Shown piece by piece: positions 30,479 to 41,577 of a stretch of 64,000 nt of DNA. Positions within the stretch are counted from its first letter, which is position 1, and every line of letters starts with the position of its first letter. The notes under the pieces were generated by a model, which saw only the letters and a list, made by a program, of their open reading frames with translations, did not search any database and was not told where the DNA came from. Made by a program: the position numbers and the translations under genes. The DNA comes from Candidatus Saccharimonadia bacterium (GTDB taxonomy: Bacteria; Patescibacteriota; Saccharimonadia; UBA4664): contig JBBRSS010000002.1 in NCBI GenBank assembly GCA_038245115.1, forward strand, positions 7,020-71,019. Reading direction: 5' to 3'.

Positions 30479-30832
30479 ATGAAACAACGCCGACAGCGCC
30501 TCACGATCTGGATTGAAATCTTCATGGCCAGCCTTGTCGCCGTCAGTATGACATTCTTAGCCATCGACATCTTCGGCCATCCCAGCCCCGTTGAGAGCTT
30601 CTGGATGGAACACATCGACCTCGCAATTGCCTGCATTTTCCTGACTGAATTTATTATCCGCTTTGCCACAGCTCGCAAACCGCTCTATTTCCTCAAGGAC
30701 AACTGGTATTTATTAGTAGCCTCTATCCCGATTGCCATACCGGGGACGGAAATTTTTCGATTACTCAGGTTAGAACGCGCGCTCCGGATAATTCGCGTTT
30801 TCGATCACGCCGCCGAAGTTAGTCGCCGCTGA
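30479..30832 (+). CDS. Stand-alone voltage-sensor-domain (S1-S4) membrane protein
   Basis: Four helices. The S4-like 'RLLRLERALRIIRVF' has Arg at every third position; S2 carries an acidic 'EF' and S3 an Asp. No pore domain. ATG 30479; the track begins at TTG 30473. Confidence 0.55.
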   Translation: MKQRRQRLTIWIEIFMASLVAVSMTFLAIDIFGHPSPVESFWMEHIDLAIACIFLTEFIIRFATARKPLYFLKDNWYLLVASIPIAIPGTEIFRLLRLERALRIIRVFDHAAEVSRR

Positions 30833-32191
<1,359 letters not shown>

Positions 32192-32276
32192 TCACTGTTT
32201 GACAGTGCGCCACAATATGAATAGTATGAATGGTATGCAAGATCAAACGCATTCTTCAAGCATAGACAAGTGCTCC

Positions 32277-32483
32277 ATGGATATCGTCACCGTCGGTGAA
32301 CGTGGCCAGGTCGTAATTCCTGCTGCCATTCGGGACAGTATTGGCGTCAAATCTGGCGATAAGCTAATGGCCTTTACTAAGCACGACGAGATCATCTGTC
32401 TTGCCCCCGCCACCAGCATGCGTAAACTCGTCAGCATCCTCACCGAACAGCTTGCCGATATCGAATCATCCGAACAAAATTAA
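32277..32483 (+). CDS. AbrB/MazE/SpoVT-family DNA-binding protein
   Basis: 'VGERGQVVIPAAIRDSIGVKSGDKL' swapped-hairpin motif. Start uncertain; the track ORF starts at TTG 32199. Confidence 0.45.
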   Translation: MDIVTVGERGQVVIPAAIRDSIGVKSGDKLMAFTKHDEIICLAPATSMRKLVSILTEQLADIESSEQN

Positions 32484-32503
32484 TAAATTCAGAGGGTCAA
32501 TAA

Positions 32504-34090
32504 ATGCTCCATCATCTTAGCGGCCGCGCCAAGGCCGGTATCCTTATTAGTGTCATCGCGGGTATGCTGCTCTCGGCATTGGATCAAACCATTGTCTCCA
32601 CCGCCATGCCCAAAATCTTAACCGACCTCAAAGGCTTCACCGAACTTAGCTGGGTCGTTGCAGCGTATCTTATCGCCCAAGCCGTTGCCGTACCTATTAC
32701 CTCAAAACTGTCCGACATCTACGGCCGCAAAGTTCTATTCTTCTTTAATGTCATCATTTTCCTCATTGGCTCCGTTCTCTGCGGCATCTCGCCCAGCATG
32801 ACCTGGCTCATAGCTGCCCGCGCCCTTCAGGGCGTCGGGGGAGGAGGCCTAGCCGCCGGTGCCTTTACCATCATTGCCGACATCTTCCCGCCCCGTGAGC
32901 GCGGCAAGTGGACCGGCCTCATTGCCGCCACTTTCGGTCTCGCCTCGGTCATCGGGCCGCTCCTCGGCGGCTACCTCACCGACAACCTTAGCTGGCGCTG
33001 GGTCTTCTTCGTTAACATTCCGGTAGGTATGCTTGCTCTCACCATTGCCTGGTTCGCCCTACCCAACATCAAACAGGACGCTCGAGGAGTGATCGACTGG
33101 CTGGGCTCGTTCACTATGGCCGGCACGGTTATTCCGTTCCTGCTCGCGCTCATCTGGGGCGGCACCAAATACGCCTGGAATTCGCCACAGATAATAACCT
33201 TCTTCGCCATCGCAGCCGTCATGCTAGTAGCCTTCATTGCCGTTGAGCGCCACGCCGCCGACCCTATCCTGCCCCTGAGACTCTTCAAAGTTCCCGGGTT
33301 TGCCCTGGTTAACTTAGTGATCGTCCTGTCTGCTGCCTTGCTATTCGGCGGCATCGTTTATATTCCGGTCTTCATGCAAACCGTGCTCGGCAAGAGCGCC
33401 ACCAACTCGGGCCTCCTGCTTCTGCCTCTCATGGCAGGTATCGTCATTGCCAGTATTGTTTCGGGCCAGCTCACCTCCCGCACCGGTAAAACCCGCATCA
33501 TAGGGATTGTTGGACTGTCCATCGCCACAATTGCTCTCTACCTCCTCTCCAGGCTTACCGCCGATACCTCCAGCACCACCATTAGCTGGGAAATGGTCCT
33601 GCTCGGTCTGGGCATCGGACCTAGCCTCCCGTTGATGCCCTTGATTGCTCAGAACCTCTTCAGCCCGGTCGATATCGGCGTAGTCACGGGTGCTACCACC
33701 TTCTTCCGCACCGTCGGAGGCGCCATCGGCACCGCTATTCTCGGGACTATCTTCAACAACCACCTTTCGGCCAGTCTGGGTAATTTGCCGACTTTTCAGC
33801 TCCCCCCACAGCTCGTCGCCACCCTGTCTGATCCCAATATCATCGCTTCAAATACCGCCACCGCCAACGTACTTAGCCACATTCCGCCGGCCGCCCTCCC
33901 GGCACTTCAGCCCCAAATAAATGCCTTCCTGCTTCTCACCAAAAGCTCCATTGCTAGCAGTATCGCCATTGTGTTTACCGCCTGCATGGCCCTCGCCGGT
34001 GTCTCGCTCGTGCTGTTCTACCTCATTGAAGAAAAAGAACTCCGCACCTCAAATGCCCCGGTCCATAATGCCGCCGATCCGGCTCTATAA
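32504..34090 (+). CDS. MFS transporter, DHA2 family (14 TM)
   Basis: '[11 protein letters not shown]' and '[10 protein letters not shown]' motifs. Confidence 0.85.
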   Translation: MLHHLSGRAKAGILISVIAGMLLSALDQTIVSTAMPKILTDLKGFTELSWVVAAYLIAQAVAVPITSKLSDIYGRKVLFFFNVIIFLIGSVLCGISPSMTWLIAARALQGVGGGGLAAGAFTIIADIFPPRERGKWTGLIAATFGLASVIGPLLGGYLTDNLSWRWVFFVNIPVGMLALTIAWFALPNIKQDARGVIDWLGSFTMAGTVIPFLLALIWGGTKYAWNSPQIITFFAIAAVMLVAFIAVERHAADPILPLRLFKVPGFALVNLVIVLSAALLFGGIVYIPVFMQTVLGKSATNSGLLLLPLMAGIVIASIVSGQLTSRTGKTRIIGIVGLSIATIALYLLSRLTADTSSTTISWEMVLLGLGIGPSLPLMPLIAQNLFSPVDIGVVTGATTFFRTVGGAIGTAILGTIFNNHLSASLGNLPTFQLPPQLVATLSDPNIIASNTATANVLSHIPPAALPALQPQINAFLLLTKSSIASSIAIVFTACMALAGVSLVLFYLIEEKELRTSNAPVHNAADPAL

Positions 34091-34477
34091 AGCTGCTTGA
34101 GCCTGCGCCAAATCGTCGAGAATAATCTTCGCCTCAACCTCATCTATCGGAGTTAGATCTCGGCGTTGCGCCAGCACAATATCATCTTCGCGAATCAAAT
34201 AGTGTTTAAAGTAATCACCCTCGTCGATATTCGCTGTAATCTCTATGAGCCACTCAAATGGCGGCCTCGCCCCCGGAGCCGTCTTGGCTACCCGCATCCG
34301 GCCATCCGGCCATTTCACCTCGAATTCTCTGGTCATCACCGGGTCACCGTCGAGTTCCATCGCAAAATCACTCGCGCGTACATCACGATGCTTCTTGGCG
34401 GTTGCCATAAACTTTTCGGCCGCCGTCACAATTTGGTCATAACGCGTTCTATCGACTCCTGGTCCGATTTCTCTCAT
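34085..34477 (-). CDS. Hypothetical protein (130 aa)
   Basis: Clean ORF; no motif. Confidence 0.45.
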   Translation of the reverse strand: MREIGPGVDRTRYDQIVTAAEKFMATAKKHRDVRASDFAMELDGDPVMTREFEVKWPDGRMRVAKTAPGARPPFEWLIEITANIDEGDYFKHYLIREDDIVLAQRRDLTPIDEVEAKIILDDLAQAQAAL

Positions 34478-34482
34478 ACTAC

Positions 34483-34872
34483 CTATTTCCTCTTAGCCAA
34501 ACTATCGCGAATCTGTTCCAACACTTCCAATTGGGGGTCCATCGGCGTCGGCTCCTTTTCCTTGCCGCTATGCATCCGTACCATCAGCGCATTCAGCGGT
34601 TTTACCACAAAGAAGAACACTACCGCGGAAATAATCACAAACGAAATTAATGCGTTCAAAAATGAGCCGTACATAATTTTACTGTGGTTAATATTAAAAA
34701 ATAGCCCACTGAAATCCGGCGTACCGCCAATCGCCGCAATCAGGGGAGTAATCAAATCTTTCACCATCGAAGTCACCACCGACCCAAAAGCCGCCCCAAT
34801 CACCACGGCCACAGCCAAATCAACCACATTTCCGCGGAGTAAAAACGCTTTAAAATCGTTTAACATGGCCAC
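34483..34872 (-). CDS. mscL: Large-conductance mechanosensitive channel
   Basis: 'FKAFLLRGNVVDLAVAVVIGAAFG'. AAGGAA RBS. Confidence 0.85.
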   Translation of the reverse strand: MAMLNDFKAFLLRGNVVDLAVAVVIGAAFGSVVTSMVKDLITPLIAAIGGTPDFSGLFFNINHSKIMYGSFLNALISFVIISAVVFFFVVKPLNALMVRMHSGKEKEPTPMDPQLEVLEQIRDSLAKRK

Positions 34873-34955
34873 GTTCCTTCTTTAATAGTTCATGTTAACA
34901 TATCGCAGGAAATAAATTTGCTCCGACCCTGCGATTGTGCGAGTATAGATACCGT

Positions 34956-35552
34956 ATGGAAACCGAACTGAAGCCCAAAACTCATTCCCGCCGACGGCGT
35001 CGGCGCATCACCGTCACCAGCCTCGCAACTCTGATTATTGCCACAATCGGCTTTTTTCAGCTGGCGCCCGCACCCGTTAAGCAAACTGTTCTCGCCGTTC
35101 AACCCGGACTCTGGCATGTCACCAGAGTCGTCGACGGTGACACCATTAATGTCACGCTTGGCGACCAAAAAGAAACCGTGCGCCTCCTCGGCCTCGATAC
35201 CCCCGAAACCCATGATCCCCGCAAACCCGTACAATGTTTCGGCCAGGCAGCATCCGACCACACCAAGGCGCTGCTCGAGGGCAAAGACGTTCGGCTCGAG
35301 CCCGATCCTATCAATTCCGACCGCGATAAATACCACCGCCTCCTGCGCTATATCTATCTGCCCGACGGCACGTTAGTAAACGCCGAGCTCATCCGCGACG
35401 GCTACGCCTTTGCCTACGTCATTTTCCCCCTTACCAAACTCGACGAATTTCGCGCCCTCGAAGCCGACGCCCGCAACAACAACCGTGGCCTCTGGGCGGG
35501 CTGCAACATCAATGAATCCACCGACATCAAACAAACCGCCGGCAACAAATAA
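34956..35552 (+). CDS. Thermonuclease (staphylococcal nuclease homologue) with N-terminal TM anchor
   Basis: 'VVDGDTINVTLGDQKETVRLLGLDTPE' and 'RLLRYIYL' SNase motifs. Confidence 0.8.
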   Translation: METELKPKTHSRRRRRRITVTSLATLIIATIGFFQLAPAPVKQTVLAVQPGLWHVTRVVDGDTINVTLGDQKETVRLLGLDTPETHDPRKPVQCFGQAASDHTKALLEGKDVRLEPDPINSDRDKYHRLLRYIYLPDGTLVNAELIRDGYAFAYVIFPLTKLDEFRALEADARNNNRGLWAGCNINESTDIKQTAGNK

Positions 35553-35617
35553 TTCCGCATTAAACGAAGAACGCTCCGCCAACCTCATGTCAGCGAAACG
35601 TTAATCGCCATATGATG

Positions 35618-36256
35618 TCAGCGGAGCGGCGTTGATTGACCAACGCCCGGGAGGTCCTGAACGGACTCGTCCCCGACTACGCCTGAGTTCCTTCGGCGCA
35701 ACATGGCAACCATCTCTGCCTGCTTGCGAGCTTCTTCTTGACGCTCCCGCAGCCGATCTAGCTGGTAGCCCCTTTCATACCCAGCCAACCAGCAGGCGAG
35801 AAACAACAAGATCAGCACAACAGTTGCACAGGACTGGAAAGCCCCCACCCCCGAAGGCATCGGCGGACTCGACCCGGAATATCCTCTGTCGACATCACCC
35901 TCGACCCAGAATTCCCCTTCTCGTGAGCGCCAAACATCCGTTGATGGCCGTACGCTGTCTTGCTGGTACATGACAACGTGAATTGTCGGGGCCGACTCGT
36001 ACTTGATTCCGACCTCGCGCGCAGGATCGCCGGAGCGTCCTAGACCGAACAGGTTCCCCCGTTCAATGATCGGCGCAACCGTCGGCCGCCCCCATGTCTG
36101 GAGGTACAGCTGATCGCTGCTTCGTTCGATGTTTGACAGTAAGGAAGGGTAGACAGCAACGAAGAGGAAAGTCGCCAACACAAGGCCGACAATCATGCCG
36201 CATATCCCACCCCGAAACGCCCTAGTAGTCCTGGGTAGTGCTATCTGCTCTGACAT
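35618..36256 (-). CDS. Hypothetical membrane protein (2 TM)
   Basis: GGAAGG 8 nt before ATG 36256. Confidence 0.45.
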   Translation of the reverse strand: MSEQIALPRTTRAFRGGICGMIVGLVLATFLFVAVYPSLLSNIERSSDQLYLQTWGRPTVAPIIERGNLFGLGRSGDPAREVGIKYESAPTIHVVMYQQDSVRPSTDVWRSREGEFWVEGDVDRGYSGSSPPMPSGVGAFQSCATVVLILLFLACWLAGYERGYQLDRLRERQEEARKQAEMVAMLRRRNSGVVGDESVQDLPGVGQSTPLR

Positions 36257-36433
36257 CAGTCTCACCTTCCGAAAATTTGACGGTACACCCTAGCGTGTAA
36301 CGCCTATTGGGAATATATAGAGTAACATAATACACCAGATATGGCAAACTAAAAAGCCGCCGTACCTTATCTACAAAAAAGTAGACGAGAGCAGCTACGC
36401 TCTACGCCTACTTACTATCACTATCTAAATTAC

Positions 36434-36829
36434 TTAGTTTGCGACTTCTTTACCCAACTTCGCGCTCACCACCACCTGCAGCGTTTCACCATCCGGCGTC
36501 GTCAGCTGAGTTTCGTTGGTCTCAGAAAAGTACGTCACCAAGTGATGGCTCATGATCTCCTGCAGATCCTTGTACTTAAACTTCAGCTCTTCTAGCTCCG
36601 AGTTCACTACCTGGTAGTCTTTGTCAGCTTCTAGCAATTTCTTAGCCGTAGCGCGCTTTTCGGACACCTCCTTAAGCTCCTCCTGGAGGTTGCGATACTC
36701 CTCGTTTTGCTCAGCAATATCCTTAAGATCGTCCTTGATGGTCTTCATTTTGCCGCGAGTCTCCGCCAACTCGAGCATCAAGCGTCCGACCGCTTCCAAC
36801 GTTGTTCTATCTTCTTCAACTGCTGCCAT
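36434..36829 (-). CDS. Hypothetical coiled-coil protein (131 aa)
   Basis: Highly charged, heptad-like 'KDDLKDIAEQNEEYRNLQEELKEVSEK'. Confidence 0.45.
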   Translation of the reverse strand: MAAVEEDRTTLEAVGRLMLELAETRGKMKTIKDDLKDIAEQNEEYRNLQEELKEVSEKRATAKKLLEADKDYQVVNSELEELKFKYKDLQEIMSHHLVTYFSETNETQLTTPDGETLQVVVSAKLGKEVAN

Positions 36830-36944
36830 GGTGTTCCTATCTGATTAAACGTTAGCGATATCATAGCTAGATGAAGCACAAATGTCACCCCAAAAATTGC
36901 ACCGTGTATACTTTAGTTATAATAACGGTTAAAGAAGCCCAAAA

Positions 36945-37361
36945 ATGGTCCCTTACACCAAAGACTTAAGTCTCATCAAAGCGGTCGGAATTGCTGTCTC
37001 ACTGATAGGCGTAATACTTTTGATGCTCACTCTTACCTCAGCTGTTTTGGCATTATTGACCGTCAAACCTACGCTAACGCCTACCTCGACTGCAACACCG
37101 GCCTATCTCGGGATAGTCCAGTTTATTCTAGCTTTTGGGATGTCGTTTAGCATGATTGCCTGTGGGGCAGAATTATCACACCCGGAGCCGCTCATCAGCG
37201 GCGGACTGGAGACCTTGCGCTTAAACTGGGCAGCCCTGTTTGGGTTTATGATTGCCGGTTGGCTATTGGGCTTTTGGCTGCAGCCAATCCTTGGCGGACT
37301 ATCAATCGTAATCATTCTCTTGTTGCTACTAATTCGTCCCGCAGTTATCCGCCTGTCGTAG
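36945..37361 (+). CDS. Hypothetical membrane protein
   Basis: 3-4 TM helices; extended -10 TGtATACT upstream. Confidence 0.4.
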   Translation: MVPYTKDLSLIKAVGIAVSLIGVILLMLTLTSAVLALLTVKPTLTPTSTATPAYLGIVQFILAFGMSFSMIACGAELSHPEPLISGGLETLRLNWAALFGFMIAGWLLGFWLQPILGGLSIVIILLLLLIRPAVIRLS

Positions 37362-37362
37362 G

Positions 37363-38556
37363 CTATTCGGCGGGGAGGGGGTTGGGGCCAATCACAGTCA
37401 GCTGCAATTCTGCTCGTGTAACGGCCGTATATAGCCAACGGCGCCAATCGGCCTCACTCGACTTCGCAAACCGTTCCTCAAACACTAACACGCTCTGCGC
37501 CTGCGACCCCTGGGCTTTGTGAACCGTCAGTGCATAGCCAAAGTCCCACAGGTCGCCCCTCTGCCCGTCCGGCGCCAACGGCACGTCCTTATTCGTCGTC
37601 GCAGCCCCAAACTGATCGCGCAAAATATACCCCGTGTAGGCATAATCCTCGCCATCGAGCTCAATTTCCGCCTCGTACCAGGCGCTGCCGTCGTCGCCAA
37701 TAGTCTCCGCCACGCGCCCAATACGCCCCAGCATGCCGTTAAAAATCCGCTTGGACCGATTATTGCGCAAACACACCACCCGGTCGCCCGACTGCGGCGC
37801 CGGGCTGGTCATGTCGCGCAGTTCGCGAATCGCCTGATTGAGCTTAATCCTTGTCGCATTGTAGCCGCACAAAATCAGCAAATCCTCGCGCCAATTCGAC
37901 AGCAATTCCTCAACTACCAGCCCGGTTTCCGGCAGCGCCCGGTCTAGTTTGCGTACCCCCGGGCCAAACTCCTGCACCGGCAGCACCCCCGTCTCGCGGG
38001 CCAGCGTTGCCACTTCAATAATCGCAGAGCCCTCTTCCTGGCGAAAAATCCGCTCCAACCGCAGTTGCGGAACCGCCATCAGATTAAAATCGGATCCCAC
38101 CGGCGGCAACTGCCCATGATCGCCCACGGCCAATATCGGAATCTCGAAGCTCAACAAATCCTGCCAAATCGCCTCGTCTACCATACTGGCCTCATCGACG
38201 ATGATCAGGCTCCGCTCCAGCGCGTCCTTACGAATCCAATTTGGCGTCCCTCCGGCCGAATCTTCGGTCGTATAAATAAGACTATGAATAGTCGACACGC
38301 TGTCACCTCGCCGCATGGCCCGGCGTTCCTGCAGTTTTTCCTGCAATACCCGCGTCGCCTTACCGGTATAAGCGCAAAATCCCACCGTCGCGTCCTCATC
38401 CAATTGCGCCAGAGCCTGCCGCAAATAAGCGATCAAAGTAGTCTTGCCCGTGCCGGCATACCCGCCCAACGTCAAATAGGGCGCAGTTCTCCCTCGGTAC
38501 CAGACACCGATCTGCTTAAGCGCCACCGCTTGATCTTGGCTCAACACATAACTCAT
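37363..38556 (-). CDS. RecD/TraA-family (AAA_30 + UvrD_C_2) DNA helicase
   Basis: Walker A 'GGYAGTGKTT', 'LIIVDEASMVD', C-terminal 'ALTVHKAQGSQ'. Confidence 0.8.
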   Translation of the reverse strand: MSYVLSQDQAVALKQIGVWYRGRTAPYLTLGGYAGTGKTTLIAYLRQALAQLDEDATVGFCAYTGKATRVLQEKLQERRAMRRGDSVSTIHSLIYTTEDSAGGTPNWIRKDALERSLIIVDEASMVDEAIWQDLLSFEIPILAVGDHGQLPPVGSDFNLMAVPQLRLERIFRQEEGSAIIEVATLARETGVLPVQEFGPGVRKLDRALPETGLVVEELLSNWREDLLILCGYNATRIKLNQAIRELRDMTSPAPQSGDRVVCLRNNRSKRIFNGMLGRIGRVAETIGDDGSAWYEAEIELDGEDYAYTGYILRDQFGAATTNKDVPLAPDGQRGDLWDFGYALTVHKAQGSQAQSVLVFEERFAKSSEADWRRWLYTAVTRAELQLTVIGPNPLPAE

Positions 38557-38680
38557 GTCTCAACATTATGACCGCACAAAAGGTCTCTGCCAAATCGACC
38601 CTGCGATTGTGTAAACCACCAATGCTTAGAACAAGCCTTCACCGTATGCTGATGTTCAAGTTAAATTGGAGGTGTAAGAA

Positions 38681-38905
38681 ATGAGTAGCCGCGACTACAT
38701 TCATCAGGAGCAGCGTCTCGATGAGATCCTATTCTCAAATATCGACTCGCTCAGCAAGGTTCAACACATCATTAATCTGGGGTTCGATCCGGAAGTGGCC
38801 GACGAAATAGTCGAACGTCACCAAACCGGCTCCAGGGAAGCTGTTTACTATGAGCGCCTCGACTTCGCCGATCTCGACGACGAACCGGATGATTTGCGCA
38901 AATAA
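38681..38905 (+). CDS. Hypothetical small acidic protein (74 aa)
   Basis: GGAGGTG RBS. Confidence 0.4.
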   Translation: MSSRDYIHQEQRLDEILFSNIDSLSKVQHIINLGFDPEVADEIVERHQTGSREAVYYERLDFADLDDEPDDLRK

Positions 38906-38929
38906 GCCGCTTCGGTTATGCTGGCTCTA

Positions 38930-39084
38930 CAATTCAATAGTCATATCAAGAGTGCAGTTAGGGATCTAGCCCGTTAACCTGCCGGCAACCCCATCCAAGG
39001 ATGGTAGGTGCTACTTCTAGCCCGCAAGGGAAGATATGTAGGCAAACCGCCTTTCTTCACTTAGCCGGGAGAAAGGTTTTTTTA
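38930..39084 (+). ncRNA. SAM-I (S-box) riboswitch with terminator, controlling metK
   Basis: 'AUAUCAAGAGUGCAGUUAGGGAUCUAGCCCGUUAACCUGCCGGCAACC...GGUGCUACUUCUAGCCCGCAAGGGAAGAU' matches the S-box core (AUCAAGAG..AGGGA..GCCC..AA.C..GCAACC). A CCUUUCU/AGAAAGG hairpin plus U7 sits immediately before the metK ATG. Confidence 0.75.
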
Positions 39085-40212
39085 ATGTCCGAATCACTAT
39101 TTACTTCCGAATCTGTCTGCGCCGGTCACCCCGATAAGGTCTGCGACCAAATCTCCGACTCCATCCTAGATGCCATCCTGGAGGACGACCCCACCGGTCG
39201 CGTGGCGGTGGAAACCGCGGTTACCAAGGACCGCATCATATTACTAGGCGAAGTCACGACGACCGCCCAGGTCGATTACAAAGAAATCGCCCGTGAGGTC
39301 GCCCGCAAACTCGGCTACACCGACCCCGCCTGGGGTTTCTCGGATCTGTCCGAAGTCCAAATGTATCTGTCGACCCAATCTCCCGAAATTGCCGCGGGAG
39401 TAGACTTGGACGGTGCCGGCGATCAAGGCATGATGTTTGGTTACGCTTGCCGCGAAACCCCGGAGCTAATGCCCTTACCAATTACGCTCGCCCACGCCCT
39501 CACCAGAGCGCTCGACGAAGCCGCCATTAGCACTTTGCCGTATCTGCGGCCAGACGGCAAAGCCCAGGTCACCGTCCGCTACCAAGACGGCCAGCCAGTC
39601 GGCGTCGAACACGTCACCATCGCCAAGCCTCATTCGCCTAAAGTTGAGCTAGATCAAGTCAAACGCGACATCATAAAACACGTTGTCATTCCAGTCCTCG
39701 CCAAATACGATTTTTCAATTGATCCCAGCAAGGTAGTAGTCAACGGCACCGGTGTCTGGCACACCCCCGGCCCGTCGATGGATGCGGGCCTCACTGGACG
39801 CAAGATTATCGTCGACAGTTACGGCGGCTATGCCAGAGTCGGTGGGGGAGCCTTCAGCGGCAAAGACCCGACCAAAGTCGACCGCTCCGGAGCCTACGCT
39901 GCCCGCTACATCGCCAAGAATATCGTTGCTGCCGGGCTTGCCGACCGCGCCGAAGTCAGCCTGGCCTACTTCATTGGCGCCAAGCAGCCCGTCATGAAAC
40001 ATATCGAGACGTTCTCAACTTCAGCCGTTTCAGACCTTAAGCTGAGTAACTTCACCAACGAGCTTATCGACACCAGCGTCAAAGGTATCGTTGAGACACT
40101 CGACCTACGCCGCCCGATTTTTGCTCGTACCGCCGCTTACGGTCATTTCGGACAGCCCGGCTACAGCTGGGAGCAAACAATTCGCGTTCCGGCCGCAGTC
40201 AGTACGAACTAG
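39085..40212 (+). CDS. metK: S-adenosylmethionine synthetase
   Basis: 'FTSESVCAGHPDKVCDQISD', 'GAGDQGMMFGYA' and 'GGGAFSGKD' motifs. Confidence 0.95.
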   Translation: MSESLFTSESVCAGHPDKVCDQISDSILDAILEDDPTGRVAVETAVTKDRIILLGEVTTTAQVDYKEIAREVARKLGYTDPAWGFSDLSEVQMYLSTQSPEIAAGVDLDGAGDQGMMFGYACRETPELMPLPITLAHALTRALDEAAISTLPYLRPDGKAQVTVRYQDGQPVGVEHVTIAKPHSPKVELDQVKRDIIKHVVIPVLAKYDFSIDPSKVVVNGTGVWHTPGPSMDAGLTGRKIIVDSYGGYARVGGGAFSGKDPTKVDRSGAYAARYIAKNIVAAGLADRAEVSLAYFIGAKQPVMKHIETFSTSAVSDLKLSNFTNELIDTSVKGIVETLDLRRPIFARTAAYGHFGQPGYSWEQTIRVPAAVSTN

Positions 40213-40645
40213 ATTCATTAGGAGTTTCGAGGATAGATTTGAGGCGCAGCAAATCAGCCCGAAAACGAGCTTCACTCACTTCCCGCAAGGCAACTTCGGC
40301 ATCACGATACAGCGCCTGGGTGTGAGTATGGTTCCAAAATTTTACTCTCGTACCCTCCGGAATTTCGAGCAGATGATAGCCTGACTCAAATCGCACCAAG
40401 CCGCTTCGGCTGCGGGCTTTAATTACTGAGCTGCCATTGTTTTGGATGATTTCCATCTCGACATTCAAGTTTGAGCCCATCCTATCGGATGTCATATGAA
40501 TCTGACTGCCTTCGTGCAACCCGTTTGACACACTCACGCTCAATATGCCGGACTGCCACCGAGGAATGTTCTTAATCCGGGTAATGAATTCCCAAACCTG
40601 CTGTCTCGGTGCATAAATATCAATTTGTAACTCCGAAGTTACCAT
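40199..40645 (-). CDS. SRPBCC (Bet v1/polyketide-cyclase-like) domain protein
   Basis: 148-aa pattern typical of Polyketide_cyc2; convergent with metK and overlapping it by 14 nt. Confidence 0.5.
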   Translation of the reverse strand: MVTSELQIDIYAPRQQVWEFITRIKNIPRWQSGILSVSVSNGLHEGSQIHMTSDRMGSNLNVEMEIIQNNGSSVIKARSRSGLVRFESGYHLLEIPEGTRVKFWNHTHTQALYRDAEVALREVSEARFRADLLRLKSILETPNESSSY

Positions 40646-40736
40646 CTTCTAAGCCCCCGCCTTCAGGACACTAAACGATACTCCGCGCCAAACCGACCCG
40701 GCAGGTGCATCGCTCCAAATGCCGCGCCTATAATTG

Positions 40737-41510
40737 CTACTGAGTATAGTTACTAGCAAAATAACCAGATTTGCCCCCATATTTCCCGTGCCACCAAAAC
40801 GCTCCCACAGCATCGACACTGACCGAACCGCCGTAAGGAATCCAACCGATAATATTGAGCTTATTACTACTATTGGCGCTGCTGCGCAGCCATAAGCCGC
40901 TCTTGGACTTCACCGTCACAGCCTGAGGGTGATCGGTCGTCGGTACCGCGGCTGGGGCCGTCACGTTTACTGCAACTGGAATTGGCGTTGGCGTGGGACT
41001 CGGGGTCACTGCCGGCGTCGGCGACGACGTCGGTTCGGGAGAAGGCGTTGGAGTGGGGGAGGGCGCTGCGCTAGGAGTTGGCGTTGCTACGGCCACCGGG
41101 GGCTTATTGTTTGACTGGGTAAATAACAGGTAACCCCCGCCGCCAAGAACTATTAACGCCGCTGCTGCGCTTACCAACCACACTTTGTTGCCCGACTTTG
41201 CTACCGGCACAGGCACTTGCGCAGCGCCGGACAGCACCGCCGGTGCACCTTCTTTGGGTATCAGTAAATTAAACACCGGCGTCCCAAATTCGCTCCGGCC
41301 ATCCATTGACACACCAGCCCCCTCGGCCACCACGGACTGCGCACCACCAGTGGCCCCCGCCTCAGCAACCGATACATTAGGGCTTATCGTTTCCGCCACC
41401 GACACCACTCCGTCCACCTCAGCGGCCGTGCGATTAATAATCCCGGGATCCGCGGCAATTTTATCCATCAGATTGCCGGCTGGGATTGGCTTAGGTGATT
41501 CTGGTTCCAT
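40737..41510 (-). CDS. Membrane-anchored protein with Pro/Thr-rich linker and C-terminal bacterial SH3 (SH3b) domain
   Basis: TM helix 'VWLVSAAAALIVLGGGGYLLF', (PTPS)n linker, SH3b-like 'GLWLRSSANSS.KLNIIGWIPYGGSVSV'. Confidence 0.6.
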   Translation of the reverse strand: MEPESPKPIPAGNLMDKIAADPGIINRTAAEVDGVVSVAETISPNVSVAEAGATGGAQSVVAEGAGVSMDGRSEFGTPVFNLLIPKEGAPAVLSGAAQVPVPVAKSGNKVWLVSAAAALIVLGGGGYLLFTQSNNKPPVAVATPTPSAAPSPTPTPSPEPTSSPTPAVTPSPTPTPIPVAVNVTAPAAVPTTDHPQAVTVKSKSGLWLRSSANSSNKLNIIGWIPYGGSVSVDAVGAFWWHGKYGGKSGYFASNYTQ

Positions 41511-41577
41511 GCCCCAAGTATACCGTTTACGCTTAAGCCCGCCAAGTTAGGCGAATATTTCACGGTTTGGCGCTATT

